DNA from: Methanomassiliicoccaceae archaeon
Lineage (GTDB): Archaea > Thermoplasmatota > Thermoplasmata > Methanomassiliicoccales > Methanomassiliicoccaceae
Length of the DNA: 64,000 nt
NCBI GenBank assembly: GCA_963728405.1
Contig: CAVSJV010000007.1
Span: forward strand, 192,001-256,000
Reading direction: 5' to 3'
The translations under genes and the position numbers were made by a program. Shown piece after piece: positions 18,943 to 29,458 of this stretch. The notes under the pieces are model-generated. The model was not told where the DNA came from, did no database searches, and saw only the letters and a list, made by a program, of their open reading frames with translations. Within the stretch, counting starts at the first letter, position 1. Each line of letters begins with the position of its first letter.

Positions 18943-20289
18943 TCAGAGGAACTTCAGGTACCTCTGGACCTCCCAATCGGTGACGTAGGTCCGGTACTCG
19001 TCCCACTCTTTTCCCTTGATCTTCAGGTAGTGGCTGAAGATGTGGTCGCCCAGAGTCTGCTTGACCAGCTTGCTCTCGGACATGAGCGCGAGGGCTTCGC
19101 CGAGGTTCTCCGGTAGCGAGTCGATGTGGTTGCGGACCCTCTCCTCCTTGCTCATATGGTAGATGTCCTTCTCCACCGGCTCCGGCGGGGTCATTCCGTT
19201 CTCCATGCCCGCCATGCCCGAGGCGAGCATGACCGCGAACTGCAGGTAGGGGTTGCCAGCGGGGTCTGGGTTGCGCAGCTCGATGCGGGTGCGGCCGCCT
19301 CTTCCAGCGGGGACCCTAATAAGCGCGGAGCGGTTCATGTTGGCCCAGGAGATATAGCAGGGCGCCTCGTAACCGGGCACCAACCGCTTGTACGAGTTGA
19401 CGTGGGAAGCCAGAATGGCACAGTTCTCCTTGGAGTATGTTAGCAATCCGCCGAGATACTTGAACGCGTTATCGCTCAAGCCGAACTTTCCCGACGGATC
19501 GTCGAAGTTGTTCTTACCGTTGGTCAGGGCCAGGCTCTGATGGACGTGCATCCCGGAGCCGGACAGGCCATACATGGGCTTGGGCATGAAGCTCGCATAC
19601 AGCCCATGTTGGAGAGCGATCGTCTTCACCGCCAACTTGAAGGTCATGATGCGGTCGGCGACGGTCAAAGCGTCGTTATATCGCATATCCACTTCGTGCT
19701 GCCCAGGAGCAACCTCGTGGTGTGAGGCCTCGCAGTCGAACCCCATCTCATCCAGGTTGAGCATGATATCCTTTCTGACCTCCTCGCCCTTGTCTAGAGC
19801 CATGAGGTCGAAGTAGCCCGCCGAATCTGATGGCGCCGCCACCGGGTTTCCCTGGGCGTCGAGGTTGAAGAGGAAGAACTCGAACTCCGGACCCAGATTG
19901 CAGGTATAGCCCTTCTCCTTGGCCTTCTCCACGATCTTCTCCAATACCCACCGGGGGTCGCCTTTGAAGCGGTTCCCGGAGTGGTCGAAGATCTGGCAGA
20001 GCAGGCGGGCGGTCTTGATGCGTCCGGTGCAGGTCCACGGGTAGATCTGGAACGAGGATAGGATTGGCTCAGCCCGCATATCCGACTCCTCGATGGTTGC
20101 ATAACCGAGGATGGAGGAACCGTCGATATACACGCCCTCGTCCAAGGCCTTCTCGATATGCACCGCAGGAAGCGCTACGGTCTTCACTGCGCCAAGGATG
20201 TCGGAGAACTGCATCTCGATGAACTTGACGCCCTTCTCTCTGACCTCCTTGATGATCTCCTGTTTCCGATCTTCTACACTGACAGGCAT
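18943..20289 (-). CDS. glnA: Glutamine synthetase type I
   Basis: DGSSI, GPEFEFF, HHEVAPGQHE, FMPKP...GSGMHVH, NSYKRLVPGYEAP, NRSALIRVP, ELRNPDP. Start set at MPVSVED (20289). Confidence 0.97.
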   Translation of the reverse strand: MPVSVEDRKQEIIKEVREKGVKFIEMQFSDILGAVKTVALPAVHIEKALDEGVYIDGSSILGYATIEESDMRAEPILSSFQIYPWTCTGRIKTARLLCQIFDHSGNRFKGDPRWVLEKIVEKAKEKGYTCNLGPEFEFFLFNLDAQGNPVAAPSDSAGYFDLMALDKGEEVRKDIMLNLDEMGFDCEASHHEVAPGQHEVDMRYNDALTVADRIMTFKLAVKTIALQHGLYASFMPKPMYGLSGSGMHVHQSLALTNGKNNFDDPSGKFGLSDNAFKYLGGLLTYSKENCAILASHVNSYKRLVPGYEAPCYISWANMNRSALIRVPAGRGGRTRIELRNPDPAGNPYLQFAVMLASGMAGMENGMTPPEPVEKDIYHMSKEERVRNHIDSLPENLGEALALMSESKLVKQTLGDHIFSHYLKIKGKEWDEYRTYVTDWEVQRYLKFL

Positions 20290-20359
20290 AGGTGATGATA
20301 TTGCTCGGACGATAATGAGGTTTTCGAATGATCCTATTGGGCTGCTCGATCGTAAGCGA

Positions 20360-21553
20360 TCAGGTTCCGGGGGATTCCAGTGCCTTTCTAAGGGCCACGA
20401 TGGCCGCCACCATCGCCTCTTCCGCCCGGTCGGCCTCCGGTGCGCCCCCGGCAGCGAAACCGGGCTTGCCGCCACCCCTTCCTCCGATCTTGCCAAGGGC
20501 CTCGTTCATCACGGCCACACAGTCAACCCTTATCGACGGAGCGCACGCCACAATGAGCATGAACCTCTCTCCTATCGAGCCCAGGACACAGGCCGCGCCC
20601 TCATTGACGAACTCGTTGGCCGCGTCGGTAAGGGTCTTCCTGTCCATGCTCTCGAAGATACCCGAGTACAATCGTATCCCTCCGATCTCCGACGGTACCA
20701 GGTCGGCTAGGGCCCTGGTCCCGTAGCGCTTCAGCGCAAGCTCCTGCCTTTCCCGTTCCCTGGAGATATTGTCCAGCGCGTTCAGCAGGTCCTGCGGCCG
20801 TGCTCCCAACGCTTCGGCGGCCCGGAGGGCGGACACCGAAAGCTCGACCGCCCTCTGTTTGGCCTTCGGCCCGACCTCGAACTCCACCTCGAAGTCACCG
20901 GCCGGCCGGGCCGAAGTGAACTTAGTGACCAGAACGAGCTCCAGCTCTTTGGTGCTCCGAACATGGATGCCAGCACAGGCCGCCTTGTCGATGGACCCTA
21001 CCTCCACTATGCGGACCTCGTCACCATGGATGCGGTCCAGCTTCACCCGGGCCTCTTGTAGGATGGGGTCATTCCGGCTCACCCACTTCTCGCAGATCGT
21101 CAGGTCGGAATCGATCGCTTCCCTGACCATGGTCTCCGCCTTGGCCACCAGCTCCCAGTCGAGCGCCCCCTTGACCATGACGCTCTTCTTCTCAGGGGTG
21201 ATGGCGATCTTGACCAGTTCTAGCTCAGGAAAGAGCTTGGAGAGGCAGGAAAAGAGCAGGTGCTCGCCGCTGTGCCCCCTCATGAGATCATATCTCCTCT
21301 CCCAATCCACCTCCCCTCGGACCCGGTCCCCGACGATCATTCGGTGGCCGGGGACCTTGTGGAGCACAGCCTGCCCTTCCTGCTTGACCTCGACCACCGG
21401 TGTTCTGGAAAGAACGCCCCTATCGGGCTCTTGCCCTCCCCCGCCAGGATAGAAGGCGGTCTGGTCAAGCGCGACCCAGTCTCCTCGGACCTCGGAAACG
21501 ACGGCATCGAACTCGCGGCAGTAGGGATCGGTCTGGAACAAGCGCCTGGTCAT
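20360..21553 (-). CDS. alaX: AlaX-type alanyl-tRNA editing protein with C-terminal DHHA1/C-Ala domain
   Basis: LDQTAFYPGGGGQ..D, HSGEH and CAGIH zinc motifs, GGRGGGK...A.GG. Confidence 0.88.
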   Translation of the reverse strand: MTRRLFQTDPYCREFDAVVSEVRGDWVALDQTAFYPGGGGQEPDRGVLSRTPVVEVKQEGQAVLHKVPGHRMIVGDRVRGEVDWERRYDLMRGHSGEHLLFSCLSKLFPELELVKIAITPEKKSVMVKGALDWELVAKAETMVREAIDSDLTICEKWVSRNDPILQEARVKLDRIHGDEVRIVEVGSIDKAACAGIHVRSTKELELVLVTKFTSARPAGDFEVEFEVGPKAKQRAVELSVSALRAAEALGARPQDLLNALDNISRERERQELALKRYGTRALADLVPSEIGGIRLYSGIFESMDRKTLTDAANEFVNEGAACVLGSIGERFMLIVACAPSIRVDCVAVMNEALGKIGGRGGGKPGFAAGGAPEADRAEEAMVAAIVALRKALESPGT

Positions 21554-21768
21554 GCTCGATGTACCGCTCGTGCAATTAAAAAGATTAGCGGTGTTCGATC
21601 AGGGCGGATCAGAAAAGCAATCATCGCTGATACCTACTCCTCATTCCTTAAATAATCACATGGTATAAAATCACTCAGATTTAAAGGGGGCTTCCTACGG
21701 TAGTCGAGTTCAGCGATGGCCAGAGCTGGGATCTCTGGAAAGAGGTCATCGACCAGACCAAGGTCTCT

Positions 21769-24700
21769 ATGGCCCTGGTCGATGATGACCATACCATCCT
21801 GGCCACCAGCAGTCGGTTGGGCAATATGGGGGATGTGGTAGGCAAGAAATGCTGCCAGGTCTTTCACTCGCAAGGTGCTGCATCGAAGGATTGCGCCCTG
21901 CGCCGCGCGGCGGGTGGCCAGACTGCAGAAGAGGAGATATTCGATTCGTCAACGGGGAAGTGGTGGAGCATCAAGGTCATCCCCCTGCACTCCAATGGTG
22001 CCAAGAGATATCTGTATCTGATAGAGGATATCACTGCGACCCGCGGCCTGGAACATGGTCTGATGCAGAGCCAGGCAAATTTTCGAACGATATTCGACGG
22101 CGCCGCCGATGCCATGTTCATACTGGACGTCGACGGTACGGCTCTGGTGGTCAACGACGCCGCCTGCGCCATTTTGGGACAGGAACGAGGCGCGTTGATC
22201 GGTCAGACACTGGAGATGTTCGCGCCAAATGGCTCCTGCCCCCTGGTCGAGCAGCATGCCGATATCCTCACCAAGGGATCCGCCCGCATCGAGATGGCCT
22301 ATACCAACTTTGCCGGACGAACTCTCCAGCTGGAGGTCGACCTTCGAATGATGCCCATGGGTGGCCGGATGGTCCTGGTGACCTCGGCCCGCGACATCAG
22401 CGTCCGGAAGGAGACGGAAAAGCGGATGAAACTGAACGAGGAACGGCTCCAGGCACTCTTCGAACAAGCTGGCATGGCCATTGCTCAGATCGATCTGGAT
22501 GGCCGGTTCATGGAAGTTAACGAACAATTTCTGCGGCTGACCGGCTTCCGTCGTCAGGACCTGATCGGAGAGAAAGTTTTCCGTTTCCTCGTTCAGACCT
22601 CTGAGGAGGGGATCGATCGAAGCATCGAACGGTTGCAACGGTCCGAGATAGGGACCCTGGTAACGGAGCGTCAGCTACGAAGAAGTGATAGCAGTCACAG
22701 CTGGGTGAGGATAAACACCTCGGCGGTACGGGAATCGACAGATCGGATCAATTATATCGTATCGATCATCGAGGACATCGATCAAGGCAAGAGGGCGGAA
22801 GAGTCGCTGCGTCGAAGCGAGGCCCGATTCCGGTCCCTGGTGCATAACTCTATGGATATCACCGCGGTGCTCAGCTTGGACGGCGTCATCAGCTACATCA
22901 GTCCCTCATCCCTCCGGTTGCTGGGCTACTCTCCTGAGGAGGAACTGGTAGGTAATAGCCTGTTCTCGCTCCTCCACCCGGAGGACATCGCCAGGGTACG
23001 GTCGACCTTTGATCGCCTGATCAAAGACCCCCTGATCACCGCCGCCCCGGAGTTCCGCTTAAGGTGTGCGGATGGCAGGTACGCGTACTACGAGGGGGTC
23101 GGCACGAACCTATTGGCCGAGCCATCGGTGGCCGGACTGGTCATCAATGCCCGGGACATATCCGAGCGCAAGCGATCTGAAGAGGTGCTCAAGCGCAGGG
23201 ACGAGATCCTGGAAGCGGTCAGCCTGGTCTCCGAGCGATTGATTCGGGGGGCCTCCTGGGAGGACAACATCCAGGACGTCATCGAGACCCTCGGCGAGGC
23301 CACCCAGGTCCACCGGGCCCGCATCTATGAGATGCTGGAAGGTGACCATGGCTCCAAAAACGTATATCTAAGATATGAATGGACCATGCCCAGCTTCAGC
23401 GGAGGTAAGGGGCCGCGCGGGCCAGATGGGTTCGACCTCCGGAAGATGGGGCTCTCCAAGTGGGAGGACACCTTGCTCATCGGCGGCATAGTGCAGGCGA
23501 ACCTGATGGACTTGCACTATCCGGGCCGCGGCCTACTGGAATCACAAGGGGTCCAGTCCATGGTGGTCGTCCCCATCCTGGCCGGTTATGAGCTGTGGGG
23601 CTACATTGACCTGGAGGACATGCTCAGAGAGAGGAACTGGACATCCATCGAGATCGATGCGCTCCGGGCGGCCACCAGCACCCTGGGGTCGGCCATCCTG
23701 AGGGAACGGGCCTCCCGGGACCTGGAGACGGAGAAGGAACGGCTGGCCGTTACCCTCCGTTCGATCGCAGACGGAGTCATCACCACCGACATCCACGGAG
23801 ACATCGTTCTGATGAACAATGCCGCCGAGGAGATGCTGGGCTACACTCAGGCGGAGGTGGAGGGCCAGCCGGTGCGAAGGGTCTTCCGCCTGGTCAAGGA
23901 CGCCCGGACCGGCGAAGCAAACCCCGTCTATCGCGTTCTGAAGAGCGGGGAACGGGTGGAAATGGAATCTCATATAATACTGGGACGGGAACAGTCGAGA
24001 ACCACCATAGAGGATTCCGCCGCCCCCATCAGGGACCGTTCTAGTAGAGTGATCGGGGCGGTGCTGGTGTTCAGGGACGTAACCGCGCGTAAGGCCATGG
24101 AAGAGGAACTGGTCAAATCCCAACGCCTGGAATCGGTGGGGGTGCTGGCTGGAGGGATCGCCCACGATTTCAACAACATCATGACCGCGATCCTTGGCAA
24201 TATCGCTCTTGCCAAGTCCTGGTGCCGACCGGGGGACCGGGTCATGGATAAGCTGATGGAGACCGAGAAAGCGACTCTGCGGGCCAGAGATCTGACCCAG
24301 CAACTGCTGACCTTCTCCAAGGGCGGGGCGCCCATCCGCCAGGCCGCCTCCGTTTCCGAGATACTGCACGACACCATCGATTTCTCCCTAAGCGGTTCCA
24401 ATATACTGCCTCACTATGCTCTGCCGGTCGACCTTTGGGCGGTCAACATAGATCCTGGTCAGATCAGCCAAGTGCTCGACAACCTGATCGCCAACTCCAA
24501 GGACGCCATGCCCGATGGCGGCACCCTGGAGATAGTCGCCCAGAATGTGAAACTGGCCGAGGGAGAGAATCCCGCGGTCGGTTCCGGCAAATATGTAAAG
24601 CTAAGCCTGCGGGACCAGGGGGTGGGCATTCCGCACGAGAATCTCAACAAGATCTTTGAACCGTATTTCACCACCAAGTCCAAGGGGACCGGACTGGGTC

Positions 24701-25230
24701 TTGCAGTTGTATATTCGGTGATCGCCAAACATGAAGGCCACATCGATGTGGAGAGCGAAGTGGGCAAGGGAACGACCTTTCATATACTACTTCCAGCGAC
24801 CCCCGAGAGCGGAGCAGGGCGAAAGGATGGCAAGGAATCGATCATCAGGGGTCAGGGCCGGGTCCTGCTCATGGACGATGAGGAGTTCATCCTTGAGGTC
24901 ACCGGAGAGGTCCTTCGGACCCTGGGTTATCAGGTGGAGCTGGCCAGGGACGGGGAGGAGGCGGTCAGGATGTATCAGACCTCCCTGTCGGAAGGCCGAC
25001 GCTACGACGCGGTGATCATGGACCTCACAATCCCCGGAGGTATGGGTGGTAAGGAGGCGATCAAGGAGCTGTTGAAGATAGATCCCCTGGTTAAGGCCAT
25101 CGTTTCTTCAGGGTACTCCAGCGATGCCACCATGGCCGACCACTGTCGGTTCGGTTTCTCGGGAGTCATACCAAAACCATACAAGATCGAGGATCTGAGC
25201 AGGATAATGAGCGAGACCATCCGGGGCTAA
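21769..25230 (+). CDS. Hybrid sensor histidine kinase (multi-PAS, GAF, HisKA, HATPase, receiver)
   Basis: About five PAS repeats (RDISxRK ends), GAF region, GGIAHDFNN, NLIANS.DA, D.G.GI, FEPYFTTK, GTGLGL, receiver LLMDD...IMDL...KP. The frame is open upstream to ACG 21697. Confidence 0.95.
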   Translation: MALVDDDHTILATSSRLGNMGDVVGKKCCQVFHSQGAASKDCALRRAAGGQTAEEEIFDSSTGKWWSIKVIPLHSNGAKRYLYLIEDITATRGLEHGLMQSQANFRTIFDGAADAMFILDVDGTALVVNDAACAILGQERGALIGQTLEMFAPNGSCPLVEQHADILTKGSARIEMAYTNFAGRTLQLEVDLRMMPMGGRMVLVTSARDISVRKETEKRMKLNEERLQALFEQAGMAIAQIDLDGRFMEVNEQFLRLTGFRRQDLIGEKVFRFLVQTSEEGIDRSIERLQRSEIGTLVTERQLRRSDSSHSWVRINTSAVRESTDRINYIVSIIEDIDQGKRAEESLRRSEARFRSLVHNSMDITAVLSLDGVISYISPSSLRLLGYSPEEELVGNSLFSLLHPEDIARVRSTFDRLIKDPLITAAPEFRLRCADGRYAYYEGVGTNLLAEPSVAGLVINARDISERKRSEEVLKRRDEILEAVSLVSERLIRGASWEDNIQDVIETLGEATQVHRARIYEMLEGDHGSKNVYLRYEWTMPSFSGGKGPRGPDGFDLRKMGLSKWEDTLLIGGIVQANLMDLHYPGRGLLESQGVQSMVVVPILAGYELWGYIDLEDMLRERNWTSIEIDALRAATSTLGSAILRERASRDLETEKERLAVTLRSIADGVITTDIHGDIVLMNNAAEEMLGYTQAEVEGQPVRRVFRLVKDARTGEANPVYRVLKSGERVEMESHIILGREQSRTTIEDSAAPIRDRSSRVIGAVLVFRDVTARKAMEEELVKSQRLESVGVLAGGIAHDFNNIMTAILGNIALAKSWCRPGDRVMDKLMETEKATLRARDLTQQLLTFSKGGAPIRQAASVSEILHDTIDFSLSGSNILPHYALPVDLWAVNIDPGQISQVLDNLIANSKDAMPDGGTLEIVAQNVKLAEGENPAVGSGKYVKLSLRDQGVGIPHENLNKIFEPYFTTKSKGTGLGLAVVYSVIAKHEGHIDVESEVGKGTTFHILLPATPESGAGRKDGKESIIRGQGRVLLMDDEEFILEVTGEVLRTLGYQVELARDGEEAVRMYQTSLSEGRRYDAVIMDLTIPGGMGGKEAIKELLKIDPLVKAIVSSGYSSDATMADHCRFGFSGVIPKPYKIEDLSRIMSETIRG

Positions 25231-25317
25231 TGAGCAATTCTCCGGTCTTCCCTGGTTTCTCGTTCCGTAGGCGCCGGAAGGCCAATCGCTATGTACTATC
25301 TCTACCAACGTACTAGC

Positions 25318-25560
25318 ATGCCCTGTTGGAAATGGTTCAACGTGATGCTTGAGGAGGCCGGAGTGGAGGTCACGGAAGAGAACCGGGCGAGGATCGACGC
25401 GGCCATCCAGGAGTATATCAAGGATCGTTCCTCGGTGGGAGCGTGCTCGGTGGTGATGAGGGAGGCGAGCGGTCAGATCGCCAGTGACAAAGCCATGCGC
25501 CGAGAGCTCGTGGAGAAGCTTCAGGAAGCGGCCCGTCCCGTCCATACCATCATAGAATAA
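25318..25560 (+). CDS. Small conserved hypothetical protein
   Basis: MPCWKWFNVMLEEAGVEVTEENRARIDAAI... has a natural helical pattern and fills the intergenic gap. Confidence 0.6.
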   Translation: MPCWKWFNVMLEEAGVEVTEENRARIDAAIQEYIKDRSSVGACSVVMREASGQIASDKAMRRELVEKLQEAARPVHTIIE

Positions 25561-25673
25561 ATACAGGCTCGCCCATATCAGGATGCTCCAACTGATAGTG
25601 AGGCACTGTTCTCTAGATAAAATTACTTATAGTTAGCTGGTTATTAGACATTTGTCCAGTTTAGGTCGATATT

Positions 25674-26147
25674 ATGCTTGATGAGCTTGACAAACGTATC
25701 ATCGAGGAGCTCTGCATCTCCAGTCAGGGCTCTTACCGCCAGATAGCAAAGAGGTTGGGAGTGCACCCGACCACTCTGATCCAACGGGTGAAGAACCTGG
25801 AGGAACAGGGCATTATCAGGGGTTATCGGGCCAACGTAGACTATCTAAAGCTGGGCTATGAGTTCATGGCTTTGGTACACATCTATACCGAGGGGGATGT
25901 GCTGGACGTCCAAAGCAAGATCAGGGCCATGGATAATGTTCTGGCTATCTTCGATGTCACTGGGGAGTGCGACTCCATCGCTTGGGTGGCATGCAAGAAC
26001 CGGGACCAGTTCTCGGAACTGATCAAGAGGATGCTCACCATCCATGGTATCAAGAAGACCAACACCTATGTCGTCCTCAATATGATCAAGGACCCTTACC
26101 AGTTCATACCGGAACTTAACATAGCCGGCGAGCCCAGGGTGGAGTGA
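25674..26147 (+). CDS. Lrp/AsnC transcriptional regulator
   Basis: LDELDKRIIEEL...SYRQIAKRLGV...RVKNLEEQGII.GY, DVTGECD. Confidence 0.95.
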   Translation: MLDELDKRIIEELCISSQGSYRQIAKRLGVHPTTLIQRVKNLEEQGIIRGYRANVDYLKLGYEFMALVHIYTEGDVLDVQSKIRAMDNVLAIFDVTGECDSIAWVACKNRDQFSELIKRMLTIHGIKKTNTYVVLNMIKDPYQFIPELNIAGEPRVE

Positions 26148-26284
26148 GATGGCGGCCGGTCGATCGCCTTTGAATTCCACTGTTTCTTCAACGAGCTATC
26201 AAAATAATTGATGGCCCCACACCGAATGATTTATGATGGGGCCACATATTTGGACGATACCGCGACTTTTAGAGAGGTCTGTAA

Positions 26285-28113
26285 ATGATGAGGACACACA
26301 CCTGCGGAGAACTGCGAACCGATCAGCTGGGCAAGCATGTACAGCTGGCAGGCTGGATACGTTTCTCCCGAGACCATGGCGGAGTTCTCTTCTTTGACCT
26401 GGCCGACGCGTACGGCACCACTCAGGTGGTGTACGACCCTGAGGCCATGTCTAGGAAGGGCGACCGCGAGCGCTTGGAAAGGATGCTCAAGTCCTTCGGC
26501 CGAGAGTCTGTAATCTCGGTCGACGGGGTGGTCAGGAATCGTGTCCCTGGGACTGAGGACCCCCGCAACCCTACTGGGCACCTGGAGGTGCTCATCGAGG
26601 ACGCCAAGCTCCTCAACTCTTCCCGACCTCTGCCGTTCGAAGTGGCCGATCAGAAGGGCTCCCAATTGCCGTCCGAGGACCTCCGGCTCAGGTATCGGTT
26701 CCTGGACCTCCGGAGGACCCAAATGGCCAACAACCTGCGCTTCCGCCACCGAGTCATCGCCGCGGCCAGGAACGCGCTGGATTCCGAGGGCTTCGTGGAG
26801 ATCGAGACCCCGGTCCTATGCCGGCAGACCCCGGAAGGGGCGAGGGACTTCATCGTCCCGTCGAGGATCTCCCCGGAACGTTCTACGCCCTTCCGCAGTC
26901 TCCGCAGCTATACAAGCAGATGCTGATGGTCGGTGGAATGGACAAATACTACCAGGTGGCGCGGTGCTTCCGGGACGAGGACTCTCGGGCTGACCGCCAG
27001 CCGGAGTTCACTCAGTTGGATGTGGAAATGTCCTTCGTGGAGGACAAGGACATCCAGCTCTTGATCGAGAAGATAATGTCCAGTGTCTGGAAGTCAGTAT
27101 ATGGCAAGGAACTGATCACGCCGTTCCCACACATTACTTTCTACGACGCCATGCATAGCTACGGCACCGACGCGCCGGACATCCGTTACGATCTCAAGCT
27201 GAACGAGGTGACCGAGATCGTTAAGGTCGCTAACTATGAGATCTTCCAGAGGATCATCGGCAAAGGTGGAAAGGTCGTCTGTATGAAGGTCAAGGCGGAC
27301 CTCATGCGCCCCACCACCAACGATGACAGCGCGGTTGGACGCAACGAGGTTGACCGGCTCATCGACTGGGCCAAATCCCAAGGCATGGGTGGGCTGACCT
27401 GGATGCGCATGACCAAGGAGGGACTGCAGAGCAATATCGTCAAATACTTCCCTCCGAACGTGACCAAGGAGCTGGAGGTCAAGATGGCGGCAGAGGAGGG
27501 AGACCTGCTGCTCTTCCTGGCCGGTTCGGAGACCGCCGCGCTGAAGGCCGGCGGAGAGCTCCGCCGGAAGCTGGCCAAGGATCTGCGCCTCACCGAGGGA
27601 AAGGACCATCAGTTCGTCTGGCTGGTAGGATGCCCGCTCTTCCAGAAGGACAGCGTCACCGGCCAGCTGGAAGCATTCCACCACGCCTTCGTGAAGCCCG
27701 TGAAGGGCGACGTGGTGGAGGGCGAGGACCTCATGTGCATCGACGGCATGAGCTATGACCTGGTCATGGACGGTTCAGAGATCGGCTCCGGCTCGGTCCG
27801 ATGCCACGACCCCGAGGTCCAGCGCAAGGTGTTCAAGCTGATGGGCTTGTCCGATCAGAAGATCGACACCGACTTTGGGTTCTTCCTGGAGGCCCTTGGA
27901 TATGGCGCCCCGCCCCATGGTGGTATCGCCTTAGGCATCGATCGCTTGGTAGCTTTGATGCTGGGATGCGAGACCATCCGCGAGGTGATCGCCTTCCCCA
28001 AGAACAAGAAGTTCCAGTCCCCTATGGATGGGGCGCCTGCCAAGGTAGAGGAGGCCAAGCTCTCCGAGCTTCAGCTTCTATGCCTGGCCGAAGAGGAAGA
28101 GAAAAAAGACTGA
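26285..28113 (+). CDS. aspS: Bacterial-type aspartyl-tRNA synthetase (likely non-discriminating); one -1 indel near 26871-26874
   Basis: MRTHTCGEL, RDHGG, RLRYRFLDLRR, TPEGARDF, (P)GTFYALPQSPQLYKQ, RCFRDED.RADRQPEFTQLD, GAD insert, GAPPHGGIALGIDR. Confidence 0.95.
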
Positions 28114-28114
28114 A

Positions 28115-29458
28115 CTAAACCCTTTTCTCCAATTCTTTCCTCATTCTTTCTGCCACCAGCTTCGACGGATATTGTCCCCTGGTCTCCTTCATGACCTGGC
28201 CGATCAGGAAGTTGGCCGCCTTCTCGTTGCTCTTGAAGTCCTTGACCACTTCAGGATGTTGGTCCACCAGGCGGCCGATCAGTGCGTCCAGGTTCGGGTC
28301 CTGCACCGAGGGAGCGGACATCTCCTTCCCTCCTGACAGAGCACCGATGCGCATACGGGCCTCGCTGTCGGTCATCTCCCCTTTGCTCACCGATACTACT
28401 ATGTCCTGCAGCTGGACCATCAGTTCGGGGCTTCTTCGGGCCTGCAGCTCTTTCCAGTTCGAGCTCAGCGCCCCCAATGTCCAGCTGAGGGCCGCCTCGC
28501 TGCCTGCCTTCTTGGCCAGGGCCTCGAACATGTCCGCCAGCTCCCAGTCGGTAAGCACGATCTGTCGGGCGGCCTGGGCGGGGATGCCGTGTTCCCGAGC
28601 TAACCTTTCAGCCCTCACCAGGGGCGTCTCCGGCACGATGGTCCCCAGGGTCATCGGACCGATGCGATAGGTCCCAAGATCCGGTTCCCCTATGTAGCCG
28701 TAATCCTCTTCGAACTCCTTTTCCCGGCCGGGCATGGTGACGCCCCTCTCCTCATCGTAGTGGCGGGTCTCTCGGACAATCCTCTTTCCGGCGGCCAGCA
28801 TCTTGGTCTGCCGGGTCACTTCCGATTTAAGCCCCTTTTCGACATTGCGCAGTCCAGTGATGTTCTTGATCTCCACCCGTTCCTCGCCCACCGAGATGTT
28901 GGCATCGATGCGCATGGTCTGCTCTTCCCCGGTTACGCCGATCAGGTGGCGAAGCTCGATGATCAGGTCGGTGAGGAAGTCCCTGGCCTCGGCCGGAGAG
29001 GTAAGGTCGGGAGCGGTGACGATCTCGATCAATGGTATGCCCGACCGGTCATAATCCACCAGTGCTAGCTCCTCGCCGGCCCGGCCGACCCGCTTGATCC
29101 TGCCAGGATCCTCTTCGATATGCACCCGCCAGATGCCGATGCGTCTGCCGCCCACCTCGAAGTGGCCGTCAATCCCTAGGGGGGAATCGTATTGTGTGAT
29201 CTGGAAGTTCTTGGGCAGGTCGGGGTAGAAGTAGGTCTTGCGGGCGAACCACACCCGGTCGGCCATCTTGCAGTTCAGGAACTTGGCGATAAGCACCCCC
29301 ATCTCCAACGCCCTACGGTTGAGGAATGGGCGCGACCCCGGGAACCCCAAGCATACCGGGCACACCGAACTGTTGGGCGCCTCCCCTGAGGTCGAGCAGC
29401 CGCAGAACAGTTTCGAACGGGTGGGAAGCTGGACATGGATCTCAAGTCCGATCTTCAC
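28115..29458 (-). CDS. gatB: Asp/Glu-tRNA amidotransferase subunit B
   Basis: IGLEIHVQL.T.SKLFC, RKTYFYPDLPK, HIEEDPG, DY.RSG.PLIEIV, FLIGQVMK; GTG start at 29458 overlaps the gatA stop. Confidence 0.96.
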   Translation of the reverse strand: MKIGLEIHVQLPTRSKLFCGCSTSGEAPNSSVCPVCLGFPGSRPFLNRRALEMGVLIAKFLNCKMADRVWFARKTYFYPDLPKNFQITQYDSPLGIDGHFEVGGRRIGIWRVHIEEDPGRIKRVGRAGEELALVDYDRSGIPLIEIVTAPDLTSPAEARDFLTDLIIELRHLIGVTGEEQTMRIDANISVGEERVEIKNITGLRNVEKGLKSEVTRQTKMLAAGKRIVRETRHYDEERGVTMPGREKEFEEDYGYIGEPDLGTYRIGPMTLGTIVPETPLVRAERLAREHGIPAQAARQIVLTDWELADMFEALAKKAGSEAALSWTLGALSSNWKELQARRSPELMVQLQDIVVSVSKGEMTDSEARMRIGALSGGKEMSAPSVQDPNLDALIGRLVDQHPEVVKDFKSNEKAANFLIGQVMKETRGQYPSKLVAERMRKELEKRV

